64,000 nucleotides of DNA from IMG/VR virus record IMGVR_UViG_2887663082_000001, positions 1 through 64,000 of that record. One strand, 5' to 3'. Numbering within the stretch: the first letter of the stretch is position 1; the number at the start of each line of letters is the position of its first letter. Source of the DNA: a virus. Its lineage: Duplodnaviria; Caudoviricetes. The notes under the pieces were generated by a model. That model was not told the origin of the DNA. It saw only the letters and a list, made by a program, of their open reading frames with translations, and searched no databases. Below, in pieces: positions 28,704 to 37,314 of the stretch. The translations under genes were made by a program, and so were the position numbers.

Positions 28704-29738
28704 TTAATACCCCACTACATAAACAATGCAAGATTCTCTTGTTGGTGTGCCATTTCTAATCTTTGTTGAAGTTAGCGTTCGAACATCGTAGCACTCGCCC
28801 CACCATGTCACCCCTGAACTTCCTCCTATTGTTGAAGCTGTCAGCTCTCCACAAAATACACCAATAACCTTGTTGGGAAATGCCAATGGATAGTTAGCGA
28901 CAGCCACCCCTGTAGCGTCAGCCTCAGCCGAGTTGAACCACTGTTCAATTAACCCTGAAGGATTTTTTTGAACAAGATATGAGCCAGTTTTAATCGAATA
29001 GAAGGAGCCCATATCTGGAATCTGGTTTGTGCCAGTCCCGACATTCCTTTTGGCGGCTTCTCCCAAACGAAGGTATTCGAGAAGCTCTGCAACAGTCTTT
29101 CCAGAGAGTTCAGAGAGAGTTGTATCAAGTGGTTGTTTCTTCGCCAACCCTTCTTTTACGCCTTTTGGTGTGATGGCAACGTCCTCTGCATCACTCTCGT
29201 AATCGTTCGACAAATTGATGCCCAACGTGACCAATTTTCGATTGGTCACATCGATCATATCGTCAGTGATCTCGGTCGCCCCCGCAGGTATTTTGACGGT
29301 GCAAAGTTCCAGCTGGTTCTCGTTGAGTAAAGCGCCCTCCTCCAGGAGTTTGATTTCAGCAGCTTGGATCGCGGAATTAGCGTTAACTTGATACGTCTCC
29401 TGGCCTACAACATAAGTTGCTTCCAGAACGACAATAGAGGTTTTCCCGGCGGTCAGTGACAGTGATACACCGGCTTGTTGGCGGACAGTGAGTTGGTAAT
29501 ATTTATCGATATTAATCGACGCGGTACCGCCCTCTGAATCCGACGTGATTTGCAGAGTAAGCCCACCAGCTGGCGATGGTGTGAAGCCACCGTAAATGCC
29601 AGGGTTGACGATCCCTCTGAATTTCCTGTTAAGCGCCCCGGAGCTGTATGGCTCACGGAACTGTACATCGCTCACCAGAGCCAAAGTTGTTGGATCAGGG
29701 AACGATTTAGCAGCAGAAACTACAACGTCAGCAACCAT
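28704..29738 (-). CDS. Tail fibre S (constant part plus variable tip)
   Basis: P1 Sc-like N-terminus (LALVSDVQFREPYSSGALNRKFRGI); cix site inside the gene. Confidence 0.88.
   Translation of the reverse strand: MVADVVVSAAKSFPDPTTLALVSDVQFREPYSSGALNRKFRGIVNPGIYGGFTPSPAGGLTLQITSDSEGGTASINIDKYYQLTVRQQAGVSLSLTAGKTSIVVLEATYVVGQETYQVNANSAIQAAEIKLLEEGALLNENQLELCTVKIPAGATEITDDMIDVTNRKLVTLGINLSNDYESDAEDVAITPKGVKEGLAKKQPLDTTLSELSGKTVAELLEYLRLGEAAKRNVGTGTNQIPDMGSFYSIKTGSYLVQKNPSGLIEQWFNSAEADATGVAVANYPLAFPNKVIGVFCGELTASTIGGSSGVTWWGECYDVRTLTSTKIRNGTPTRESCIVYVVGY
29058..29083 (-). other. cix-like crossover site (right)
   Basis: + ttctcccaaacg-AA-ggtattcgagaa fits the hix/gix/cix consensus. Confidence 0.85.
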
Positions 29739-30205
29739 TAGCCCACCATCGTGTTGATATCGGTGACAGTGACATAGGATTTACCGAGGTAAAGGCTGTC
29801 CTGTTGGCAACACATAACAAGACATGCTTTACCCAGGTTGTCGCAGACCACCAGAGTGTTAAAAGGATAGCTGACGTTCTCTTCCAGCTTTGAGGAGTCC
29901 AGTTCGGCACGCAGCGTGATTATTCCCGAATCGTAAGACGGGGTGAATTTTTTGTTCGAGTTGCCGCTTGGATCGTCTTCACTGGTCGATGTTGCTACCT
30001 GAGAAGTGAGATCGGACAGCTCAAAGTCTGCCGGGATATCGGCGATGTCATATATCCCTGTCGGATTATTCGTGACGAGATTTGACGTGCCAAAGACGGC
30101 AGATGTCAGCTCGAAACGTTCTCCAATGCCTATGGACGATTCCGCACGGCGTTGGTAGTAATAATCCAGCAGTTTGACCTTGGATAATTGGTCAGAAACA
30201 TTCAT
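29738..30205 (-). CDS. Tail fibre protein R
   Basis: LLDYYYQRRAESSIG; upstream of S; own late promoter at 30279-30297 (ATGTAACTTT-cag-TAGACT). Confidence 0.75.
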   Translation of the reverse strand: MNVSDQLSKVKLLDYYYQRRAESSIGIGERFELTSAVFGTSNLVTNNPTGIYDIADIPADFELSDLTSQVATSTSEDDPSGNSNKKFTPSYDSGIITLRAELDSSKLEENVSYPFNTLVVCDNLGKACLVMCCQQDSLYLGKSYVTVTDINTMVG

Positions 30206-30315
30206 TCAGAGCAGCTTCCTCATAGATAGCCCCGGCGTTAGGTTGGGCCAACGCCGGGGGATTTTGATTCCTGCCATGAGTCTACTGAAAGTTACATTTG
30301 GCCTGGGTGCGGTTT

Positions 30316-31428
30316 TTAATCCTCCTCGGTTAATTCGTCAGGAGTCGTATCGAGCACGTGGCCATCGTGAGTGGTTCGGTCATATACCGGCGTGATATCT
30401 GCCCAGTCCGGGTCTATCGCCTTGCCTTCAGCAACACCACTCAGTTGAATTTGTTGCTCAATGGCTACGCCATCCCCACCCTCTTCGGCAGTCCATTTCT
30501 CCGGAACGACATCGATGCTGACGTGATGGCCAGAATCCTCAATATCGCGGATTTTGCTTCGAACATTGGTATCTGGAACTTCAAAGTCGAGACCATAATG
30601 CTCATCGAGGATGGCGCCATCATGCCCGGTGCGATCAAAGCGTCTAATGCCACCAGGAACCGAAGATGTTGATTCGGCCAGCAGCGGTGTCATTTCTGAA
30701 CCTATGCTGGTCAGCACCGGCACGTCGACATGTTCACTACCAGCGTAAGTTGCTTCTGAAGTTGCGTAAGCGTGCCATGCGATCTCTCTTGCTTCATCGA
30801 CCTGAAGCTTAAGCATCAGCTGCATGTCATCAAAAACAATGTGTAACGGCAGCAGCGGCTGAACAACCTGCTTGAATTTTGCCAGAGCTATCTCGGTTAG
30901 CTCTTCAGTGGTCTTTGCCTCGCCGTAAATCAGGATCAACTTCTGGAGGTCAATGATCGAGACGCTTATCACGCCTCTACTGGTGAGAAAGAGCTCGCCA
31001 AAGGCCGCCCCAATCGATTCCAGGTTATTCTCAGCAATTAGCTGCGTGCAATAGGGATATTTTTCGAGGTCCACCGGCGCATATAACGGCTGCCAGGTAA
31101 TAGGGATGCCGTTAAACTCGCGATAGAACGTCTGGGTTATAGGCTGCGACGTGCCTTTAAAGTGAATTTCGTCCAGACGCTGCTGCAGCAACATAGGTTT
31201 GCTGGAGGCATCCGATACACGGATGGTGAAGAATTTCCCCATCTCCGCTATGCGGGTATCAAGATCCTCATCAGCCATGGTGAAAAATGATTTTCTGGCT
31301 GAAATACGCGAGAGAATGGGCTCTACTGCCACCTCAAAAATATCTTGAATGATGTCGGCGAGGCTACTGTACATTTCCGACAAACGCTTAGAGGGCGTGA
31401 GCTGGTTTCTGAACCAACCGCTTTGCAT
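30316..31428 (-). CDS. Baseplate protein (P1 gp16-like)
   Basis: WFRNQLTP and LQQRLDEIHFKGT; synteny; acidic C-terminal tail. Confidence 0.7.
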   Translation of the reverse strand: MQSGWFRNQLTPSKRLSEMYSSLADIIQDIFEVAVEPILSRISARKSFFTMADEDLDTRIAEMGKFFTIRVSDASSKPMLLQQRLDEIHFKGTSQPITQTFYREFNGIPITWQPLYAPVDLEKYPYCTQLIAENNLESIGAAFGELFLTSRGVISVSIIDLQKLILIYGEAKTTEELTEIALAKFKQVVQPLLPLHIVFDDMQLMLKLQVDEAREIAWHAYATSEATYAGSEHVDVPVLTSIGSEMTPLLAESTSSVPGGIRRFDRTGHDGAILDEHYGLDFEVPDTNVRSKIRDIEDSGHHVSIDVVPEKWTAEEGGDGVAIEQQIQLSGVAEGKAIDPDWADITPVYDRTTHDGHVLDTTPDELTEED

Positions 31429-32852
31429 TAGTTATCCTCCGGAGCCGGGAAAGTCGAGCCTTCGACATCCAGGTAAACGAAATCATTGAACCCGTTGGAG
31501 TCCTGCATATCGTTTACCTCGATCTCGAATTTAGTGAAGTAGCCCTGCTGGTCGATGAAGGACCAAAGATCCTTAACCTTAATGAGCTCGTAGCTGCCGA
31601 GATCGTCAGGGTCGAAGTATTTTGAATCCTTGCCAAAACGCTCCTCCAGAGCAGTTTTTAGCTCGCAGAGAACGACGGAAAGCGTCAGGCTTTTGGGTAT
31701 CGTACCGGTAAGCGTGATGGTAAATGGTTTCTCGGCGGCATCGACGTAGACATAGCGCTTATTTAGAGGGTTAGGAACGTTTTGCAGCGTCGTCATTATC
31801 AGCTCTTTGAGCTCGGCCTGTGTTTTCCCAGGGAACCAGCCGGAGATAAAGATCCGATTAATGAAACTTACGTCTGAATGACCGGCGAGCTTTTCCTGTT
31901 GCTCTTCACCCCATGCGGCCAGCCAGGTTGTCGCTGGAAGGTTACGCTTCAGATAATACGTATAGTCTTCTGACCAGCACACCTGGTTATCGTAAGACAG
32001 GTAGTACATGGCGCGGTTTCGGGTTGCTTCGATCGATTCGATATCGGTCCCGCCGGTGATCGAGGTGTCTGTCTTCGCAGTGATGTAATCAGCTAAATAC
32101 GCATAATCATTGGATGGCGTTAAGTCCTGGTTCGCCAGCAGCGTCGTATCGCCATTACTGCACCAGACACGTAGTTTTATCGTTGCACCAGACGGAGGGA
32201 TCATCCCGATAGTCCCGTCGCCAAATCGTATGCCTAATTGGTCAGTTGGCTTATAGAACTCCACGTAGACTTTGCTGGTCGAGGTGGCCATGCGGAACTG
32301 AGTGCTTTTGGTCCACTGAGTTTCAATGTCATTGATGGTCATCAGAACATCAACCTTGTAGCAGACCTCTGTCAGCGCACGGCTGAGGAGCACGGAATAG
32401 AACGGCTGCTCGCCGGTGACGGTCGTAGTGATTTCGACAATCTCCATTTGAGTTAGTCCAACCGTCGCAGTTCCCTCTACCGGTACCGTCACAACATCAT
32501 CGGTAAGGTATGGATACTGGTCGTCTGATAAGAATGTCGTGTACTGTGGCAAGGACATCGTTTGAGTTGACGTATTGGTAAGGATCGCCCTTCCCTTGCT
32601 GGGTGTTACGCGAGAACCAACATAACTTCGGTCCTCTGATGCGGCCAGGATGCTGCCTCGTTTGGTCGCGGTAGAGATAAACCCTTCCATGAGTGCAGCA
32701 GATGCGAATTGCTGACAGCGGTAAACCATTTGAGAGATAAACGTGGCCAGCATCGTGACGAACTGTGAACCAGCAAACTGGGACCACCAGCTGTTGCCCT
32801 CGATGAGCTTGGTCAGCTTATCTTTGATTGCGGTAAGGTCGAGTACTGCCAT
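31428..32852 (-). CDS. bplA: Baseplate wedge protein
   Basis: 474 aa; EGFISTAT, IRFGDGTIG and GGTDIESIE motifs (T4 gp6/J-like). Confidence 0.82.
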   Translation of the reverse strand: MAVLDLTAIKDKLTKLIEGNSWWSQFAGSQFVTMLATFISQMVYRCQQFASAALMEGFISTATKRGSILAASEDRSYVGSRVTPSKGRAILTNTSTQTMSLPQYTTFLSDDQYPYLTDDVVTVPVEGTATVGLTQMEIVEITTTVTGEQPFYSVLLSRALTEVCYKVDVLMTINDIETQWTKSTQFRMATSTSKVYVEFYKPTDQLGIRFGDGTIGMIPPSGATIKLRVWCSNGDTTLLANQDLTPSNDYAYLADYITAKTDTSITGGTDIESIEATRNRAMYYLSYDNQVCWSEDYTYYLKRNLPATTWLAAWGEEQQEKLAGHSDVSFINRIFISGWFPGKTQAELKELIMTTLQNVPNPLNKRYVYVDAAEKPFTITLTGTIPKSLTLSVVLCELKTALEERFGKDSKYFDPDDLGSYELIKVKDLWSFIDQQGYFTKFEIEVNDMQDSNGFNDFVYLDVEGSTFPAPEDN

Positions 32853-33199
32853 TAATTTGATACTCCTGATGTTATCGTGCCTTCGGGAATGCGGATGGTG
32901 ATAACTCCGAGGTCAAACTCTTGACCGGCGAAAGATACCCCTTTGATTTTGAGTGAGGGAACATCTTCAGAGAGCTTCTGCAATAGCCGACTTTCTATAG
33001 CCACCTGAACGCGATCAGAACCGATGGGATCGTGTTTAAACTCGGAAAGAATATTTCCCCATGCAGGAAGTCCATAGACCGAGCCCACCGGCGTATCTAT
33101 CCACTCTTTTAAAGCTGCTGCCTTTGCTTCGAGCTCGGTGTTGTATGTGCGCAATCCGGTTGACGTGAGCGACATTAAGTAGTCGATTTCGTTATTCAT
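32852..33199 (-). CDS. pmgA: PmgA (gp25-like baseplate protein)
   Basis: EWIDTPVGSVYGLPAWGN; late promoter at 33263-33281. Confidence 0.72.
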   Translation of the reverse strand: MNNEIDYLMSLTSTGLRTYNTELEAKAAALKEWIDTPVGSVYGLPAWGNILSEFKHDPIGSDRVQVAIESRLLQKLSEDVPSLKIKGVSFAGQEFDLGVITIRIPEGTITSGVSN

Positions 33200-33472
33200 T
33201 GTTTACCCTGAACGGTAATGTGAAGCGCCAGTTCTGGCGCGGGCCAGCTAAGTTCTTGAGTGATTGTATGGATAGTTACTTTTGAGCGTGGAAATTAAAT
33301 GAATGGTTGCAGCGGAAACGGTAAAGAAGTTGAGGAAGTTGCATTGCTTGGTTACTTCGCCCTCGATCCGCCAGAGTGGGTGGAAATCACTTCCCTTTCG
33401 TCTGCTGTCGGGCTAAACATTTTTGAATAACTGCATAGGTAAAAAAGGGCCTCAAAGAAGCCCATATGACTA

Positions 33473-33730
33473 TTACCCAGTTTTGAATCCCGGCTTGCCG
33501 TTAGCAGCGCGCCAGACCTTGATTGTTTCGATAATCCCTTTTGTAGAATTATCTGCTCCAGGTTTTGGACGATAAATTAGGTCCCATTTATCTGGGTGCT
33601 CAATCAGCTGACCAAATTCATACATAGCAGAGCTATGATCTGCCTCCGATGGAAAGTCAACATTCCTTATCCTATTGATAAAGTCTATGAACTCACTTTC
33701 AGTATAATATTCTAGCTTTTTATCAGCCAT
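33473..33730 (-). CDS. Orphan DNase-colicin immunity protein
   Basis: YTESEF...EHPDKWDLIYRP...WRAANGKPGFK; 85 aa. Confidence 0.92.
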   Translation of the reverse strand: MADKKLEYYTESEFIDFINRIRNVDFPSEADHSSAMYEFGQLIEHPDKWDLIYRPKPGADNSTKGIIETIKVWRAANGKPGFKTG

Positions 33731-33731
33731 A

Positions 33732-34120
33732 TTACTTACCTTTATGAATTTCAATATGTCGTTTCGAAGTAACAGCATTCAGATTATCTTGGTCATAAAT
33801 CTCGCTATTTTCTGAAATAGGTTGTTTATGATGTAACTCAACTTTTACTCTTTTTCCGACTGATACTTGAATACTTACAGTCGGTAAATATCCTTTCTTC
33901 ATTAGTTAATTTCATCTGGATGAAACTGCTTGCTCAAAGTTGGGTTTGCAGCCACTGCTTTCCATAACGCCCGGCGGAACGAATCAAACCTACTGAATGA
34001 TATACCACGTAGCTTGTCAGCGATCTTGCTTGGGATAGGTGCACTCTGCCCAATACTCGCACTGCCAAACCGACTAACAATGCTGAACAAATCGGCAAAT
34101 CCAGCATCATCAGCGTTGAA
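33732..34120 (-). pseudogene. Orphan, frameshifted HNH toxin C-terminal fragment
   Basis: APIPSKIADKLRG...FHPDEIN* then a shifted frame MKKGYLPTV...VELHHKQPISE...NLNAVTSKRHIEIHKGK*; paralog of the toxin tip at 34522-34850. Confidence 0.88.
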
Positions 34121-34262
34121 AGCACCACTCGTCAATTTAGCTAAGAATTAAAATGACTTACTCCCCATCCTAAAGGGTGGGGAGCTTAAGGGTTATAACC
34201 CGACTAAACTTATATTTTCCACTAATTAAATTCCTCGTTAGAGGATAGAAATTAGCGCTTAA

Positions 34263-34520
34263 CTAGTTAGTCTTAAAACCAGGTTTACCATTTGCAGTTC
34301 GCCACGCTTTTACCGTTTTAGTAACACCAATGGGAGAGTTATCAGCACCAGGTTCTGGGTGATAGATTAGATCCCATCCATCTGGGTGTTCAGTTAACCT
34401 TCCGAATTCATAAATTGCATTATCATGCTCTTCTTCTGTTGGAAAATCAGCTTTCTTAATCTTATCGACGAAAGCGATGAATTCGGCTTCTGTAAAGTCT
34501 TCGAATTTTTTCTGGTCCAT
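34263..34520 (-). CDS. Cognate DNase-colicin immunity protein
   Basis: Starts 1 nt after the toxin stop; FTEAEF...EHPDGWDLIYHP...NGKPGFK. Confidence 0.93.
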   Translation of the reverse strand: MDQKKFEDFTEAEFIAFVDKIKKADFPTEEEHDNAIYEFGRLTEHPDGWDLIYHPEPGADNSPIGVTKTVKAWRTANGKPGFKTN

Positions 34521-34521
34521 T

Positions 34522-36969
34522 TTATTTTCCCTTATGAATTTCGATGTGACGTTTTGGAGTCAATGCATTGAGATTATCCATATTATATACATCTCCACCT
34601 TCCGAAATGGCCTTATTATGATGTAGCTCTACTTTTACACGTTTACCAACAGAATCCCTAAATTTAACTGTCGGTGCACGACCTAATTTCATGCGAACTA
34701 AATCATCGGCACTAAACTGCTTACTCAAAGTAGGATCATCAGCCACTGCTTTCCATAACGCCCGACGGAAGGAATCAAAGCTACTGAATGATTTACCTCG
34801 TAGCTTGTCAGCGATCTGACTTGGGATAGGGGCACCGTTATTAACACCAGCGCTACCTAGCCAGTTATCCCCTACCTGTTGACCTTTCCCCGTTGCTTGT
34901 CCCGGTAAATTACGTGGACTACGAAACATAATATACAGGGGTTTTAATCCCGATCCATCCGGGAACACCAGAATGATATCCCGGAAATCTGGATCATCTG
35001 CCGCCGGGGATACTGTTGTTTTTAACGTCTCAGGTGCCGAAGATTGATCGCCGGTGTGGAGAATAACTTCTGGAAGGGGTACCGGACCTTCTAGAACAAG
35101 CTGACCGTTAACACCCGGAGCATTTGCTGGACTGATTAAAATGGTCTGAGCTGGGGCTCCTGGCATTGCTGGCAGAGCGTAGCTATAGTATCCGGTTGAT
35201 TTGTCTACAACAGCCCGCACGACAGGAACCTTACCTGGCACCGGTGTACGGACTAGCTGTGCTTCAAGTGTACCGTTATCTTGCAATACCAACTGGCCAC
35301 GGATAGGCATATCCACGGTTGCATGAGTGTCAGCAGCTTTATTCAGTTGTGAAATCGCCGGAAGAGAAAGTGCGTCCGTTGGTATCAACGCACTAATATC
35401 GCGGCCGGGCACTTGGTCACTACCTTTACCAACATCAGGAGAATATAGAAGGCCACCAATTGTGGCAGCGACAGGTCCGGCAAGGCTTGCTGTTGCGATA
35501 CCACGCAGTTCAGCCAGCGCCGCACTCATAGCAGACCAGACTGATGCCGCCAGCTTACTATCAAGTGCAATCCCACCAACAGAAGCTACAGACCAGTTGA
35601 GTGGTGCACTTCCTACAGGGGTACCTGTTGCCACGCCTCGAACGGACTGAATGCCTGATGTTTTCAGCCTGTCAGCAACTGCCTGACGGTCCTGAAGAGC
35701 TTTAGCTTTTGCAGCAGCAGCACGCGCATCATCTGCTGCTTTTTTCGCTGCCGCAGCGGCAGCTTCTGCTTCCTGTCGTTTTTTCGTCGCAGCAGCTAGA
35801 GCCGCATCGGCTGCTGTTTTCTGTTTTTTAGCATTTTGCAGCGCAGTATTTGCCTGAACGAGTTGCTTATTCAGACTGTCACGACTTGTGGTCGCTGTGC
35901 TGATTTCTGTCTGCTTGGTCTTAATACTGTTCTTGGTAGTTGTCAGAAAACCTTGTGCGTTAAAAAACAGGCGATCCTGACCTGGCACATTTGCATACTG
36001 AAGAGTTGCTTTAACCTGATCTTCTGCTTTCTTCAACTGGATGTTCAGTGCTGCCAGTTCTGACTGTTTTGTCTTTAAGGACTGATTTGCTGTGTTAACT
36101 TTGGCGGTCAGGGTATTCACATTTCCCTGAGCAGCCACAACTGCCGCTTGTGCAGTCTCAATGCTTTTCTTTGCATCAAATTCTGCCTTAGTCATACCAG
36201 AAGCCAGTGCTTTCGCTTCTTCCTCTTTCAGTGCCCGTGCGGCCGCTTCCGCTTTAGCTTTCGCAGCAGCATCTTGGCGTTGTTTAACTCCTTGGTTCCA
36301 GGCTTGTGTCAACTCTGGCACTTCCCGATCTTGGGAATATTTAACTGTACGGGTACCGTGACCGTAGGTTCCATCCGTTGTGGTGTCGTACCAGGTATAA
36401 TTTTTCATGACCTTCCCGCCACTCAACCAGTACCCTTCGGGCATACTGCCCTGAAGAGTGCTCAGCACCAGGCCAAGAGAAGTTGTACTTAAGTAAGTAG
36501 CATTCTGTCCGAGGGTCGCAGAATTGCCAACATTTGGGATATTTTTATCGGTACGTTTAATACCTGTTTCAATATCGCCGACAGCAACTGGACCAACTGC
36601 TGTATTTACCCCCAAAACCAGCCCGCCAAGTCCTACCCGTTTAGCCTGATCGGCATTCAATCCACTAATGGAAATGCTTAGCGTACCGGAAGCTGAAACA
36701 CTATTAATCTGTAATTTGGCCGCAGGATTGATGGCGATTGCAGCCAGTATCAGGTTATTGAGTTTTTGGCGAACATTCTTATCACTATTAATTTTATTAA
36801 GTTGCTCCTGTACAGGCGTGAGAGCTGCCGTTGAACCGGTGCTACTACCGCCAGAACTTGCGCCACCCCCGTTGCCTTGCATACCGCCACCAGGAGCTGG
36901 TTCAGAGCCTCTTTCTGAACTCCAACTAGTCCCGTCTCCGGAGCTACCACCATAGTTAAAACCAGGCAT
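34522..36969 (-). CDS. HNH nuclease bacteriocin (colicin/klebicin/S-pyocin type)
   Basis: MPGFNYGG...WSSERG Gly-rich N-terminus; Ala/Lys coiled coil; S-pyocin-like domain; HNH tip VELHH...VYNMDNLNALTPKRHIEIH. Confidence 0.93.
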   Translation of the reverse strand: MPGFNYGGSSGDGTSWSSERGSEPAPGGGMQGNGGGASSGGSSTGSTAALTPVQEQLNKINSDKNVRQKLNNLILAAIAINPAAKLQINSVSASGTLSISISGLNADQAKRVGLGGLVLGVNTAVGPVAVGDIETGIKRTDKNIPNVGNSATLGQNATYLSTTSLGLVLSTLQGSMPEGYWLSGGKVMKNYTWYDTTTDGTYGHGTRTVKYSQDREVPELTQAWNQGVKQRQDAAAKAKAEAAARALKEEEAKALASGMTKAEFDAKKSIETAQAAVVAAQGNVNTLTAKVNTANQSLKTKQSELAALNIQLKKAEDQVKATLQYANVPGQDRLFFNAQGFLTTTKNSIKTKQTEISTATTSRDSLNKQLVQANTALQNAKKQKTAADAALAAATKKRQEAEAAAAAAKKAADDARAAAAKAKALQDRQAVADRLKTSGIQSVRGVATGTPVGSAPLNWSVASVGGIALDSKLAASVWSAMSAALAELRGIATASLAGPVAATIGGLLYSPDVGKGSDQVPGRDISALIPTDALSLPAISQLNKAADTHATVDMPIRGQLVLQDNGTLEAQLVRTPVPGKVPVVRAVVDKSTGYYSYALPAMPGAPAQTILISPANAPGVNGQLVLEGPVPLPEVILHTGDQSSAPETLKTTVSPAADDPDFRDIILVFPDGSGLKPLYIMFRSPRNLPGQATGKGQQVGDNWLGSAGVNNGAPIPSQIADKLRGKSFSSFDSFRRALWKAVADDPTLSKQFSADDLVRMKLGRAPTVKFRDSVGKRVKVELHHNKAISEGGDVYNMDNLNALTPKRHIEIHKGK

Positions 36970-37086
36970 TTTTTTCTCCTTATTTTTGTTCTCTATTACA
37001 AATTCTCATGAGAAAACTGGTGTGCGGTTCATCGCTTCATGAACATCTGTTCGATGGTTATAAGAGGTGTTCCGTTACACCAACAA

Positions 37087-37102
37087 CTGTATGCATATAC
37101 AG
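37087..37102. promoter_or_regulatory. LexA (SOS) box upstream of the nuclease bacteriocin
   Basis: CTGTATGCATATACAG, near-consensus CTG-N10-CAG. Confidence 0.9.
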
Positions 37103-37270
37103 TAAATTAATACTACGACTGAGATAACCTTATTGTCAATAATGTTTTTATTAATATAAAATGCATATTAATCAATAAATTAAGATCTATTCTAATCTTC
37201 ATTACTGTGCAAAACTGCAAGGCGCAAGGCCTGCAAGAAGTGTGTAATTGAATATTTCAAACTCAGCATG

Positions 37271-37308
37271 AACAATCAAAAAGACTCCGTAGGGTCTTTT
37301 TGATTGTT
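37271..37308 (-). terminator. Terminator after sit
   Basis: aacaatcaaaaagac...gtctttttgattgtt inverted repeat. Confidence 0.75.
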
Positions 37309-37314
37309 GTCTTG

